A stretch of 64,000 bases of DNA from Bacilli bacterium (GTDB lineage Bacteria; Bacillota_I; Bacilli_A; RF39; UBA660): NCBI GenBank assembly GCA_045125935.1, contig JBGVNW010000068.1, positions 55,323-119,322 on the forward strand, written 5' to 3'. Under the pieces are notes generated by a model that worked only from the letters and a program-made list of their open reading frames with translations, was not told the origin of the DNA and made no database searches. Shown here one piece after another: positions 8,885 to 19,024 of this stretch (positions are counted from its first letter, which is position 1; each line of letters begins with the position of its first letter). Made by a program: the position numbers and the translations under genes.

Positions 8885-9187
8885 ATGAAAAAAGAAGAAT
8901 TAATTGAATTGATTAACAACGAGTATTTGTATTCTATTTGGGATGCTGAAGAAATTATGCCAAAAAGTATTGAATGTGTTGCAACTGATTTGGAATTAGA
9001 CAGACATCGTTGGTATAGCACTTGCGTAAATATTTACGCTTGTGAAGATGGATATGTTGGTGTTTTTGGTGTAAATCATTTGTATAGTGAAGGGATGGAT
9101 TATAGCGATTGTGATTGCCATTGTAACGCATCAGAATACGAGGAAGTAACTACTATTACATATAAACCTAAAAAATTTGAAATATGA
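8885..9187 (+). CDS. hypothetical protein (100 aa)
   Basis: ORF track. Confidence 0.6.
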   Translation: MKKEELIELINNEYLYSIWDAEEIMPKSIECVATDLELDRHRWYSTCVNIYACEDGYVGVFGVNHLYSEGMDYSDCDCHCNASEYEEVTTITYKPKKFEI

Positions 9188-9384
9188 AAGGACACCCTAA
9201 ATTCAATTACAATGATGAGGTTAAATTCAACCTCGACGGCGAAATTAAAAAAGGCATAGTATATGTCATTGATAAATACGGAACATTTGAAGATGATTCC
9301 GATGTTAGTTATGATATATTAGTTAAAAACGAAAACGAAAAATGTCTTTATAAACATATAAACGAAAAATTTTTAATAACATGA
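9184..9384 (+). CDS. hypothetical protein (66 aa)
   Basis: ORF track. ATGA overlap. Confidence 0.55.
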   Translation: MKGHPKFNYNDEVKFNLDGEIKKGIVYVIDKYGTFEDDSDVSYDILVKNENEKCLYKHINEKFLIT

Positions 9385-10097
9385 ACACAAAAAATTCAAT
9401 GACAACTGCTGTCAAAAACACTAAAGACGCAGTTGAAAAAGTAGAATCTTTAAAAGTAGAACAATCTATGGATAGAACAATTGATACAATTAAAGATTGG
9501 GCAAAAAAGCACGAATATAAGTTGGCTTCTCACAATACAATGTCTTACCTGACACCAAGAACACTTTTGGATAGAATTATCGCTTTTACGGCAAGATGTC
9601 AATCTAAAACCATATACGAACAAATTGAAAAATATGGCGTTGAATTAGTAGATCTCAGATTTAAATTTAATAATAAAGGTCAAGTTTTCTTTGCTCACGG
9701 TGCTATCGAATATAAATGTAATATTCATGAAATATTGAAATATCTAAATTCTTTTGATGGATTTCCTGCAAGAGTAATGCTTGAAAATAAACCTGGTGAA
9801 AAAGAAGAAGAGTTCAAAGCTTGGTGCGAATATATTGAAAACACTTACACTAACATTAAATTCTTCTGTGGTAGAAATAAATGGAGTTGGGAGCAATTGT
9901 ATAAATTTAAAAACGAAGAACCTACTATGACAGATAAGTATTCTTCTTGCAACACTAATGAACCTGGAAAACCACAAACTGGTACTTATTTAGATGATTT
10001 ATATCCTAAATATTATGCTAAAAAGAATAATAGAATAAATCTTTTAAATGGTACTGATAAAGATTATCTAATGATAGATTTTGTTGAGATAAGATAA
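9381..10097 (+). CDS. hypothetical protein (238 aa)
   Basis: ORF track. ATGA overlap. Ends at an AT palindrome near 10101. Confidence 0.65.
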   Translation: MNTKNSMTTAVKNTKDAVEKVESLKVEQSMDRTIDTIKDWAKKHEYKLASHNTMSYLTPRTLLDRIIAFTARCQSKTIYEQIEKYGVELVDLRFKFNNKGQVFFAHGAIEYKCNIHEILKYLNSFDGFPARVMLENKPGEKEEEFKAWCEYIENTYTNIKFFCGRNKWSWEQLYKFKNEEPTMTDKYSSCNTNEPGKPQTGTYLDDLYPKYYAKKNNRINLLNGTDKDYLMIDFVEIR

Positions 10098-10148
10098 TAT
10101 AAAAATAATTATTATTTTATTGATGTTTAACTTTAAAACTTTATATAA

Positions 10149-10628
10149 ATGAAAAAACTTTTAATTTTTATCTTTACAATTATTTGTGTTTTTACAGCAC
10201 AAGCAAACAGGTCACTCGTTAGAGTAGTTGAACACGAACAACCAAGCATTCAAACAAAGTTCGGAGAATATATTCAAACTAAAATTAATGAGGTCATGAC
10301 AGATACTACAATTTATTTTTACGAAATTGTAAGGAATGATCATCTAAATGCAATGATTGATTATAAAGAATTAACTGTTATTAATAAATATATTCCAGAA
10401 CTCGTATCCAATGCTGAAGAAGATTTGTTAAAGAATTATAAATCTATTGAGTTTAAATATATCACTAAAACAGGTCTGCAAATTGGATATTATATAAAGC
10501 GAACAAAAATTAGTTGGTTTATTCAATTTGGGCGTTCAAAAGATGATATTATATATATTAAAGATAAAGATGCTTTTATCGATGCTTTTGTAAATGCTCA
10601 AAAAACTATCGAAGAACTAATGGAGTAG
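10149..10628 (+). CDS. secreted hypothetical protein (signal peptide)
   Basis: N-terminus MKKLLIFIFTIICVFTAQA looks like a cleavable signal peptide. Confidence 0.65.
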   Translation: MKKLLIFIFTIICVFTAQANRSLVRVVEHEQPSIQTKFGEYIQTKINEVMTDTTIYFYEIVRNDHLNAMIDYKELTVINKYIPELVSNAEEDLLKNYKSIEFKYITKTGLQIGYYIKRTKISWFIQFGRSKDDIIYIKDKDAFIDAFVNAQKTIEELME

Positions 10629-10647
10629 TAATTATAAAATATTAAAT

Positions 10648-11322
10648 ATGGAAAATAAAACAACAAAACATATTAATTTATGGTACACTTTTGTTGGTGT
10701 TATTCTGTCGCTTATTTTAATCTCTTGCACTTCTTTAGCAATAATGGTTGCTGTTGATAAATATAATTCACCAAAAGATGATTACGAATATAAAATTTTC
10801 AGATCTAATATGGAACTCGCTCTATGGAAAAATAAAGCAAACTGTGTAAATTCTATTAACAATTATATTAAATCCATAGCACCGACATCTAGTCTTAATG
10901 GAATTTCTATTTTTGAATCTTGTGATGAATATAATATAGATATTGTGTTTGTATTAACACAGGCACAAATTGAATCTTCTTTTGGAACTGCTGGTGTCGC
11001 CGCAAAAACAAACTCGGTATGGAATGTATTTGCATACGATGGCAAAAATGCAAATGATATTATAACAGATGGTCACGGATATAAACACCCAGATCAATCT
11101 ATTAGACCATATCTGCAACTGCTAAAAGATAAATATCTTGTAAAAAATAAAACAGAATTAGATCTTTTACAAAATTATATAAATAACACTGGTCACAGAT
11201 ATGCATCGAATAAAGAATATGAATCCAGAATGCAAGCACTATACAAATCTATTAAGGAATCTACCGAAATAGACAAATATTATAAAGAATATAAACATTA
11301 TAAAACAATTTTAGGATTTTAA
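10648..11322 (+). CDS. membrane-anchored glucosaminidase-like peptidoglycan hydrolase
   Basis: N-terminal TM segment (LWYTFVGVILSLILISCTSLAIMVAV). LTQAQIESSFGTAGVAAKTNSVWNVFAYDG resembles the FlgJ/LytD glucosaminidase motif AQAxLESGWG...NNLFGI. Confidence 0.6.
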   Translation: MENKTTKHINLWYTFVGVILSLILISCTSLAIMVAVDKYNSPKDDYEYKIFRSNMELALWKNKANCVNSINNYIKSIAPTSSLNGISIFESCDEYNIDIVFVLTQAQIESSFGTAGVAAKTNSVWNVFAYDGKNANDIITDGHGYKHPDQSIRPYLQLLKDKYLVKNKTELDLLQNYINNTGHRYASNKEYESRMQALYKSIKESTEIDKYYKEYKHYKTILGF

Positions 11323-11323
11323 A

Positions 11324-11632
11324 ATGGCATTTAACAAAGAAAAATTTATGGAATTTGTAGATGAAACTCCAAGAATTTCTATATTTAATCCAATAGAAAT
11401 AGAATATAGTTATGGATGTATGTCTAATTCGCTTTCTTGCAATGGCGTTCAAGAAATTGATTTGACAGAAAATGAAAGAAAATATATCATACACAAACTA
11501 ATGATGTGGTATAAAAAACATCCAGAAGAATTAAATAACCTTCTACAATATTTCGTAGAATCTAATTATACAGAAAATGAATCTTGCGAATGTTTTGGAG
11601 ATATAGTATCTACATTTAAAATTACAATTTAA
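11324..11632 (+). CDS. hypothetical protein (102 aa)
   Basis: ORF track. Starts 1 nt after the upstream stop and ends at the perfect palindrome at 11633. Confidence 0.6.
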   Translation: MAFNKEKFMEFVDETPRISIFNPIEIEYSYGCMSNSLSCNGVQEIDLTENERKYIIHKLMMWYKKHPEELNNLLQYFVESNYTENESCECFGDIVSTFKITI

Positions 11633-11703
11633 AAAATAATAATTATTATTTTAAAGAAACTATCAAAAATATTTGGTAGTTTCATTTTTTTATGTTATAT
11701 TTG
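11633..11703 (+). promoter_or_regulatory. family-A cassette (copy 2 of 5)
   Basis: Perfect palindrome 11633-11652. Hairpin 11656-11683 plus T-run. -33 TTTG 11672-11675. -7 TATATTTG 11696-11703 after an N20 spacer. Confidence 0.75.
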
Positions 11704-11731
11704 TAATAGATAAATTTAAAATTAAAAAAAT

Positions 11732-13060
11732 ATGGCAGAATTATCAATTAAAGGACACCCAACCAGAGGAGAAGAAGTAATTAAACTTCTTGAAATGTTG
11801 GGTGGTAACAATAAATACAATTTTAGAGGCGATGAAGATGAATGGTTTGTACTTAACGGAAATATTCAACGCTCTGATAGATTGTTTGACGAAAAAGGTT
11901 TCACTCTTGAAGAATTTCTTAAAAAATATCCTTATAAAGTTGGAGATGAAGTAGAATATAAATCAATTGGTGATGCAAATCTAAAATCTAAAATTATATA
12001 CATGGAGTGGTGCAACGCATTAAATAAAGTTTTATACACGACCGAAGAATCTCATGTAATATCAACAGAAGATATAATAGAAACAAATCAACATCCAAAA
12101 ACTCAAGCAGAGGTAGATAAATACCTTCAAGAACATTCTGTTAAAAATGTAATGAGTGTAATTGATATTGAAACTTGTCTGGAAATAGATGGATTGAAAT
12201 TACCAGAAAATGTTGTTATTAATTCAAAAGGCATTGGTTCAATACAATTTACCGAATGGTATGAAAAATCGCAATATCCAAAGACTTATGATGAGTGTTG
12301 TGAAGTACTTGGATATACAGAAGCACTTGGATATGCAGTTGATGATATTATATTCATAAAAGACACAGGGTGGATAAGAATTACAAAAAAACTTTGGGAT
12401 TGTTATGCTGAAGAGCATGTGTATGAGGGTATTGATATTATAAATGGGCATGAATATAAAGATATTCGCCATCAAAATGTAACAGCAAAATTGCAATTGG
12501 GGCACTTAAAACATTGCAAAGATGTTGATGATGTAAGATATGTTAATAGTATTGCCGATGATATAATGATAAGCCAAATCACCAACAAAGTATCTGTAAT
12601 TAAATTTAAACCTGATGTTTGTGATAATGAAATAGAACTTCATCTTGGTGATTATGAGATTGAGGTTCGAGACGGTAAGACTTATGCAGTAAAGAAGAAA
12701 TCTAAATATCCAAAAACATATAAGGAGTGTTGTGATGTATTAGGTCTTAACACAATGGATAATGATGCTCAAGGATATAAAGCAGACTTGATAATTCGGT
12801 TTCAGGAATTAATTATCGCTCGTAATGCATATTGGAAGATAGCGGGTGAAGAACTTGGTTTAGATAAACCTTGGGAACCCGATTGGAAAGACAGTTCTCA
12901 ACAAAAGTTCACAATTTTTTATTACCAAGATGAAGTAAGTTTATCAAAAGGACCTAATGTTAATAGATTTTTATCCTTTCCAACTGAAGAAATGCGAGAC
13001 ATTTTTTATGAAAATTTTAAAAATTTAATTGAAAATTGTAAAAAAAATATTATAATATGA
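11732..13060 (+). CDS. 'MAQLAIKGH' paralog family (copy 2, expanded)
   Basis: MAELSIKGHPTRGEEVIKLLEMLGG..., with two internal YPKTY(D/K)ECC(E/D)VLG repeats and C-terminal AYWKIAGEELGLDKPWEPDW...LSFPTEEMRD. Confidence 0.7.
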   Translation: MAELSIKGHPTRGEEVIKLLEMLGGNNKYNFRGDEDEWFVLNGNIQRSDRLFDEKGFTLEEFLKKYPYKVGDEVEYKSIGDANLKSKIIYMEWCNALNKVLYTTEESHVISTEDIIETNQHPKTQAEVDKYLQEHSVKNVMSVIDIETCLEIDGLKLPENVVINSKGIGSIQFTEWYEKSQYPKTYDECCEVLGYTEALGYAVDDIIFIKDTGWIRITKKLWDCYAEEHVYEGIDIINGHEYKDIRHQNVTAKLQLGHLKHCKDVDDVRYVNSIADDIMISQITNKVSVIKFKPDVCDNEIELHLGDYEIEVRDGKTYAVKKKSKYPKTYKECCDVLGLNTMDNDAQGYKADLIIRFQELIIARNAYWKIAGEELGLDKPWEPDWKDSSQQKFTIFYYQDEVSLSKGPNVNRFLSFPTEEMRDIFYENFKNLIENCKKNIII

Positions 13061-13308
13061 AAAAGTTACTATCTATTTTAATCCTATCGGTTCTATTCAT
13101 TTCTTGTGATGAACAACCTAAACGAGAAATTGTTGGTAAATGTAACTCTAAAGTGGAGATTATTAATAATGATATTGGTTCCGAAATTGAAGTTCAAACT
13201 TTAACCTATAAAGGTCATGATTATATCATGTTTAAAAAGGGTACAGGGAAATTGGCCACTATGGGGGTCGAACATGACCCAGATTGTAAAACTTGTAAAA
13301 ATAAATAA
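13057..13308 (+). CDS. putative lipoprotein (83 aa)
   Basis: MKKLLSILILSVLFISC: signal peptide with a lipobox-like Cys. ATGA overlap. Confidence 0.65.
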   Translation: MKKLLSILILSVLFISCDEQPKREIVGKCNSKVEIINNDIGSEIEVQTLTYKGHDYIMFKKGTGKLATMGVEHDPDCKTCKNK

Positions 13309-13310
13309 CT

Positions 13311-13703
13311 ATGGATTTCGTAACATTTGAAATAGCAAAGAAACTCAAAGAGAAAGGGTTTATTTTGCAAAAAACAGAAATTTATGGTAAATTTGATAGT
13401 GATGGCTTATTTCATCCACAATTATATTTTAATTATGTTGAAACGATGGATTGTGATGAAATTATAGCTCCAACAATCTCTCAAGTCTTGAAGTGGCTGA
13501 GAAAGGAGAAGCACCTGCACATTGAATTGGTTGCCGCATCCTACGGCTATAATTACATTGTAAGTCAAACACCAGAAGATGGTGGCACAGACTACTATTC
13601 TTCTGCGTGGGAGTATGCAGGTCCGAATGACGGCGGAGCTTGGGATTCTGATGAACAAGCTGCCCTTGCAGGTATTGAATATACACTTAATTATTTAATT
13701 TAA
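13311..13703 (+). CDS. hypothetical protein, paralog of 22392..22775
   Basis: Shared blocks: FxIAKKLKEKGF, APTISQVLKWLRKEK, ALAGIE. Confidence 0.65.
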   Translation: MDFVTFEIAKKLKEKGFILQKTEIYGKFDSDGLFHPQLYFNYVETMDCDEIIAPTISQVLKWLRKEKHLHIELVAASYGYNYIVSQTPEDGGTDYYSSAWEYAGPNDGGAWDSDEQAALAGIEYTLNYLI

Positions 13704-13713
13704 AGTCAAATTT

Positions 13714-13986
13714 ATGTTTAAAACAAAATATCCAGATTTATTCGACTATGTAGTTGAAGAAATAAAACCTTATATCAATGATAGCAATAACAAAGATGAT
13801 ATATATAATCTTTTTATTGACATTGCCGATAAGGCAAGTTTAAAGTATATTATACCAAATAAAGAATTACTCACAATATCTGATACAGCATCTGATATGG
13901 AAGAATATTTTAGATTAACATCAGATAACAACTGGATTGAAAAATTATTTAATGAAGTATATGAAAAGATTCAACTAACTTTATAA
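13714..13986 (+). CDS. hypothetical protein (90 aa)
   Basis: ORF track. Confidence 0.6.
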   Translation: MFKTKYPDLFDYVVEEIKPYINDSNNKDDIYNLFIDIADKASLKYIIPNKELLTISDTASDMEEYFRLTSDNNWIEKLFNEVYEKIQLTL

Positions 13987-14035
13987 GTTGGTTGGTTACA
14001 AAAAAGAAATTATCAAACATTTTAAATAAGAAATT

Positions 14036-14461
14036 ATGAATTTTATCAAATACACAACACAAGAACTTGAGTTTATTATCTCTAATTTTGGTGATTTAAA
14101 AAAAGAGTTAGAAAAACGTAAAATGAAAGAATCAGATGATTTTCCTTTTAAGGTTGGTGATGTTATTCACTCAAAAGTGAGCGATGATAATTTCCTACTT
14201 AAAATTAAGGAAATTGAAAAAGAACATAATAATGTAGTCGTTGATGAAATTATAATTAGAAGTGGTGAATCAACTGACTATTATATTGATGAGTGGTATA
14301 ATTTTGATACTCTCGAATGGCATGAATATACCAAGATAGAAGATTCTGAAATATTTGAAAATCTTCTTAAAATCATTGACAAATATAATGATGATATACA
14401 ACAATTAAATGATGATGTATATCTAAAACTTAAAAATGAAATTGCGCCTTATGTCAATTAA
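14036..14461 (+). CDS. hypothetical protein (141 aa)
   Basis: ORF track. Confidence 0.6.
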   Translation: MNFIKYTTQELEFIISNFGDLKKELEKRKMKESDDFPFKVGDVIHSKVSDDNFLLKIKEIEKEHNNVVVDEIIIRSGESTDYYIDEWYNFDTLEWHEYTKIEDSEIFENLLKIIDKYNDDIQQLNDDVYLKLKNEIAPYVN

Positions 14462-14990
14462 AGATACAATCAAATCAATGATAATTACCTGTCCAAGAAT
14501 ATTTCCGACAAAATTGTCAATATACAATCATTTGTTTTTAACAAATGGAAATGGTTATGAATGGATAGATGGTGAATTGGTTTCTAAGGATGATATAGAA
14601 GATTTTACAATTGAAAATGGTTTAGATATATTGTTTAATGATGAATTTCAATATGAACTTTTAAGTAGTTATTTAGAAATAACTTCAGATAAAGAAGATA
14701 TAATTAATTATTTTAAACGAAGAAATAAAGAAAAGTTTGAACTTGCAAAGGTAATCGTTAATTACGAAAAGATAATAAATGAAAAATTATACCTTACTGA
14801 TGAAGAAGAATTATATCCACTTTGTAAATATGCGAAAATTTTAAACATCCCTGACAATATAAAAGATGATTGGAAAGATGCAATAAAAGAATTCGTATAT
14901 TTTATTATGACCTCCGAAGAAAATAAAATTATAATATATAGAAATCAATATATTAACAAATTATCCGAAATACAATATAATATATTATGA
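14436..14990 (+). CDS. hypothetical protein (about 180 aa; start uncertain, alternative ATG at 14451)
   Basis: ORF track. Overlaps the upstream gene. Confidence 0.6.
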   Translation: MKLRLMSIKDTIKSMIITCPRIFPTKLSIYNHLFLTNGNGYEWIDGELVSKDDIEDFTIENGLDILFNDEFQYELLSSYLEITSDKEDIINYFKRRNKEKFELAKVIVNYEKIINEKLYLTDEEELYPLCKYAKILNIPDNIKDDWKDAIKEFVYFIMTSEENKIIIYRNQYINKLSEIQYNIL

Positions 14991-15322
14991 CACGAGAAGA
15001 AGAAATCAATCTATACTTAAAGGAACATAATATTCCAATTACAAGTTTAGAGGCTAATTCAATTATTGAAGGAATTAAATGGGCAGACGAACATCCAAAT
15101 CTTTATAATGATGAAAAATATCATACAGTTAAAGTATCTTGTTTGGATGAGTTATACAGAAAATCTGGATTGCTTGATACATTTATGGAAAAGGCTTGCG
15201 AATATATTAGAACTCATTTATGGACAAATGTAGATGATGATAATGACCCAAAAATAGAATCTGTTCAGAATATAACTTTAGATAATTTTATTAAAAATTT
15301 TAAAAAATACTTGGATGAATAA
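14987..15322 (+). CDS. hypothetical protein (111 aa)
   Basis: ORF track. ATGA overlap. Confidence 0.6.
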   Translation: MTREEEINLYLKEHNIPITSLEANSIIEGIKWADEHPNLYNDEKYHTVKVSCLDELYRKSGLLDTFMEKACEYIRTHLWTNVDDDNDPKIESVQNITLDNFIKNFKKYLDE

Positions 15323-15324
15323 TT

Positions 15325-15771
15325 ATGGAACTTAAGCTTTGGATAGCAAGAGATAAAGATAATGAAACTTTATGGTTATTTTTTGATGAACCAAAACTTG
15401 ATAAAGATACATTGTTATGGAATGGTACTAAATTATATTGTGGAGCAGCAAGTCCAGGATTGGACAAACACAAAGAAATTCTACCAGAACTAACATTTGA
15501 AAATTCACCTAAAAAAGTTGCTTTAAACCTATTACCACAAACAATAAAAGAAGGTGATGAATGTTTAGAACCTATAACTTATATTGGCTATCAAAAATTA
15601 TTTAAGGGATTTAAAGTTGGCGATGAAGTGATGACAGCAAAAGGCTCAAAGGGAGTAAAAACAACTATTAATGGTTTCGTTAAAATAGCAACAGGTAATG
15701 GTAAAGAAGAAATCAACGCAAGAACAACACACGGCTGGATAGCAATTGATCAACTTGTAAAAATAAAATAA
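15325..15771 (+). CDS. hypothetical protein (148 aa)
   Basis: ORF track. Ends at a palindrome (15765-15781). Confidence 0.6.
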   Translation: MELKLWIARDKDNETLWLFFDEPKLDKDTLLWNGTKLYCGAASPGLDKHKEILPELTFENSPKKVALNLLPQTIKEGDECLEPITYIGYQKLFKGFKVGDEVMTAKGSKGVKTTINGFVKIATGNGKEEINARTTHGWIAIDQLVKIK

Positions 15772-15802
15772 TTATTATTTTTTGAAAAAAACCTCCAAAA
15801 TT

Positions 15803-15834
15803 TTTGGAGGTTTAATTTTTTTATATTATATTTG
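15803..15834 (+). promoter_or_regulatory. Bacteroidota-type promoter with hairpin over the -33 box
   Basis: TTTG(15803-06)-N20-TATATTTG(15827-34). The inverted repeat AACCTCCAAAA/TTTTGGAGGTT (15790-15812) plus a T-run covers the -33 box, as in family A. Confidence 0.7.
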
Positions 15835-15859
15835 TAGTGTAAAACTTAAATAACACATT

Positions 15860-16264
15860 ATGGAAAAAGAATTTTTTACAGAGTTAAAAAAGAAATGCAA
15901 TATTCACGGAATTGATATTGACATTATATGTGATGAGGAGATTAATCTAATATATAATGGTACAACTTTCGATGTGCAATGTTGTGAATATGACGGTAAA
16001 ATAGAAGTACCCATCACTATTGTAAGTATGTCTATTAAAGGTAAAGATTATGATTGGGAAACTTATAGTTTTGTAGATATAGATTTCACTGATACATATA
16101 ATACAGTTAATGAAGCAGTAGAAGATGTAATAGATATTGTGTTGAATAGTGACGATAGAAGAAAAGTATTAAAAATTATAAATTCTTTTGAATCTTTTAT
16201 TGAAGATATGCCAGAAGACGATTTGGAAGTTTTGGTTAGTTATATTAAAAATACTTACGATTAA
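15860..16264 (+). CDS. hypothetical acidic protein (134 aa)
   Basis: ORF track. Confidence 0.6.
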   Translation: MEKEFFTELKKKCNIHGIDIDIICDEEINLIYNGTTFDVQCCEYDGKIEVPITIVSMSIKGKDYDWETYSFVDIDFTDTYNTVNEAVEDVIDIVLNSDDRRKVLKIINSFESFIEDMPEDDLEVLVSYIKNTYD

Positions 16265-16266
16265 TT

Positions 16267-16431
16267 ATGACAGTAGAAAAATTAATTGAGTTCTTGCAGA
16301 CTCTACCAAAAGATACAAAAGTAGTTAAACTATCAAACGAAAAAAATTGTATATACAGAGAAGTGGCATTTAACTATTTTCAAGCAATCAACGCAGATGG
16401 TTCTATTGCAAAACGATTAGAAGTAAAATAA
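16267..16431 (+). CDS. small protein, 'MTVAELI' family (54 aa)
   Basis: My own translation: MTVEKLIEFLQTLPKDTKVVKLSNEKN... Confidence 0.45.
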   Translation: MTVEKLIEFLQTLPKDTKVVKLSNEKNCIYREVAFNYFQAINADGSIAKRLEVK

Positions 16432-16452
16432 CAAAGACAAATATAATTAATT

Positions 16453-16732
16453 ATGACAGGAAATATCATAGCACTAATATTTGTAGTTTTTTTGTTGGAT
16501 AGCAACATACATATTGTGTCTGATTGCTATCAGAAAGTATTTGAAGGAGGCATGTTTCAATACTTGGTATTATGGAAAAAAGTTTAAAGACAATCGAATG
16601 CCAAATGATAGAATCACAGACATCAATTCAATATCGTTTAGTAAAATTGGATATTGGGTTTGGGGATGTTGGGTGGCAACAAGTTTATGGGTAGCAATCA
16701 TATTATCATTGATTACACTTATGTCAAACTAA
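16453..16732 (+). pseudogene. small two-TM membrane protein split at a T7 run
   Basis: ATG at 16453 gives MTGNIIALIFVVFLLDSNIH.... The track ORF 16514..16732 is in the +1 frame, which opens after a TAG at 16484. A 1-nt slip in T7 (16487-16493) would join them as MTGNIIALIFVVF-FCWIATYILCLIAIRKY.... Confidence 0.4.
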
Positions 16733-16744
16733 TAAAACAAAATT

Positions 16745-16984
16745 ATGAAAAATCTATTAAAAGAGGCAAACGACAACATTATGGAACTCATTGATGAGGT
16801 TATAAAGACCAGGTGTGCCGACAATCGTGGTAAAGACTTTTGTGCAAAAATGTTGTATCCAGAGATTGATATTAAGTGTGAGTGTAATGGCAACTGCTGT
16901 CAAAATTGTAAAGTGTCAGCAATGCTTGAGTTTAGATGTATTATGATGGAAAAATATTTTGTAGATATACCAAAAAATGAATAG
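16745..16984 (+). CDS. Cys-rich hypothetical protein (79 aa)
   Basis: ORF track. Confidence 0.55.
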   Translation: MKNLLKEANDNIMELIDEVIKTRCADNRGKDFCAKMLYPEIDIKCECNGNCCQNCKVSAMLEFRCIMMEKYFVDIPKNE

Positions 16985-17261
16985 TTCAGAAAAGAAGACA
17001 TGTTATATAATTGACTATACCAACAGGTATCATAGTGTGAGTGGTATAGCATTGTCCAAATGGGAATTGATTAAACGATTTATATCATTTTTGAGAAACC
17101 CAGAAGACCTTCAACTACTAATAACCAAAACCAATAACATACTCATATCCCAAAATCAAACTTGGGAGTATGATGAAGAAAAAGAAGAATACATACTCGA
17201 AACAGATTTAAGAGGTAGTGTAAATCATGAGTTATATCACAAAGACAAATATATTAAATAA
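16977..17261 (+). CDS. hypothetical protein (94 aa)
   Basis: ORF track. Confidence 0.55.
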   Translation: MNSSEKKTCYIIDYTNRYHSVSGIALSKWELIKRFISFLRNPEDLQLLITKTNNILISQNQTWEYDEEKEEYILETDLRGSVNHELYHKDKYIK

Positions 17262-17269
17262 TATAATTT

Positions 17270-17533
17270 ATGGATAAATTGAGCCAATTAAAAGATAATA
17301 TTAAAATAGCAAATACATATTTAAGTGAGTGTGAAAAAATATGTAATCAAATAAAAAGATTATTGAAATTTAAGGGTATTAAGAAAAATGATGTAGATAT
17401 ATATATTGATACTTCTAATAATTGCATAAACCTATCTTATTGTCTTTCCGAAATAAATGTTGAAGAAGCATTATCTATTATGGAAGCAAATGGTTATATA
17501 ACCGAAAAAGATTTCGGATTTGAACCTTGGTAA
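17270..17533 (+). CDS. hypothetical protein (87 aa)
   Basis: ORF track. Confidence 0.55.
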   Translation: MDKLSQLKDNIKIANTYLSECEKICNQIKRLLKFKGIKKNDVDIYIDTSNNCINLSYCLSEINVEEALSIMEANGYITEKDFGFEPW

Positions 17534-17560
17534 AATAATATTAAATAATATAGAAAATTT

Positions 17561-17854
17561 ATGAGCGAGAAAATAAGAATTGATATTTGTAAAAGTCCTG
17601 TAAAAAGATACCACACTTTATATATAAACGACATACGAGTTTACGGTGTTGAACCTTTATTTGAACCGCCTGTGATGAGTTTTATGGTGGAAAAAGACTA
17701 TATTTTGGGAGCATTAGATGGACTTTCATGTTATGAATTGAAAAAACTTCAAAAAGACACAGTTAATCTTGAAGATGTTTGTGCTTGGCTATCCGAAAAT
17801 ACAAACTTCTCTTTGGAAGATATTGAAGAATTTAAAAAAGCAATGGAGAAATAA
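17561..17854 (+). CDS. hypothetical protein (97 aa)
   Basis: ORF track. Confidence 0.55.
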   Translation: MSEKIRIDICKSPVKRYHTLYINDIRVYGVEPLFEPPVMSFMVEKDYILGALDGLSCYELKKLQKDTVNLEDVCAWLSENTNFSLEDIEEFKKAMEK

Positions 17855-17857
17855 ATT

Positions 17858-18748
17858 ATGAAACAAAAAATTAACATAACGGAATTGCTTAAAGACTACC
17901 CAAAAGGTTTGGAATTATATAGTCCGATATTTGGAGAAGTGTATTTAGATAAAATTAAACCAAATTTAGGAATCTTGGTTAGTACTGATAAATATAAAGA
18001 GGAATTCCTATATGATGGTAGGTATGGAATAAATGGGGAGTGTATGCTTTTCCCATCAAAAGACCAACGAGATTGGAGTAAATTTCAACGACCATTTAAG
18101 GATGGGGATATAATAACTTATCGTTTTGGAGGTTCTATGGTGGCAGGGATATATAAAGAGAGAATATCAAGGTCCATTATAAATTGCCATTTCATATTAT
18201 ATATCAAATGTATGGGATTTTCTTTGAATCAAGATATTGCTATTAGAGATGATGAGATTAGATTTGCTACCGAAGAAGAAAAACAAAAATTATTTGATGC
18301 AATAAAGTCAAATGGTTATAAATGGAACGAAGAAACAAAAACATTGGAAAAGTTGGTTAAACCGAAGTTTAAGGTCGGTGATAAAATTGTCAAGAAAAAT
18401 GGTGCTCGTGTTCCATTTGTAATCACAGGAGTAAGTGATGACTACTACTCTTCTAACACAGGTAAATATGTTGAAATATTATCTGTTGCAGACCAAGATG
18501 ATTGGGAATTAGTCCCAGATAAATTTGACATCACAACATTGAAGCCATTTGAAAGTAAAGTGTTGGTTAGAGATAATGTTGACGAAATTTGGTTTCCATG
18601 TTTCTTTGGAGGTTTAAGTAATGATAATGAGGACTATCCATATATGGTAATTGGTTGTGAAAGTTGGAAATACTGTATCCCATACGAAGGAAACGAACAC
18701 TTACTTAACACTAATAAAGATTGCGATGAATATTATAAAAATTGGTAA
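17858..18748 (+). CDS. hypothetical protein, full-length paralog of 35305..36042
   Basis: Shared blocks: RFATEEEKQKLFDAIKSNGYKWNEETKTLEKL, KFKVGD, VPDKFDITTLKPFESKVLVR, CIPYEGNEHLL...DCDEYYK. Confidence 0.7.
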   Translation: MKQKINITELLKDYPKGLELYSPIFGEVYLDKIKPNLGILVSTDKYKEEFLYDGRYGINGECMLFPSKDQRDWSKFQRPFKDGDIITYRFGGSMVAGIYKERISRSIINCHFILYIKCMGFSLNQDIAIRDDEIRFATEEEKQKLFDAIKSNGYKWNEETKTLEKLVKPKFKVGDKIVKKNGARVPFVITGVSDDYYSSNTGKYVEILSVADQDDWELVPDKFDITTLKPFESKVLVRDNVDEIWFPCFFGGLSNDNEDYPYMVIGCESWKYCIPYEGNEHLLNTNKDCDEYYKNW

Positions 18749-18758
18749 AATATTAATT

Positions 18759-18989
18759 ATGATTAAAGATAAAATATATATTACAGAAAGACAGACATTT
18801 ATAGAGTGGAAAAGAAATTATACTACTAGTGACGGCAAATTTTATGCTAAATGCAAAAGTGAAAAAGAGCCTAATTCATATCCTTGTATTCTATTGGAGT
18901 TAGAAGAATATAATTGTACATTTGATGATTTTGACCGTTTCTATTATTTTGTTTATTTAACTGATTTTATCAGTGATTACGGAAAATAA
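18759..18989 (+). CDS. hypothetical protein (76 aa)
   Basis: Track ORF 18651..18989. I moved the start to the ATG at 18759 (MIKDKIYITERQ...), downstream of the stop of the preceding gene. Confidence 0.5.
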   Translation: MIKDKIYITERQTFIEWKRNYTTSDGKFYAKCKSEKEPNSYPCILLELEEYNCTFDDFDRFYYFVYLTDFISDYGK

Positions 18990-19024
18990 TTATGATAACA
19001 ATTTTATATAAAACTTGGTAAGAT

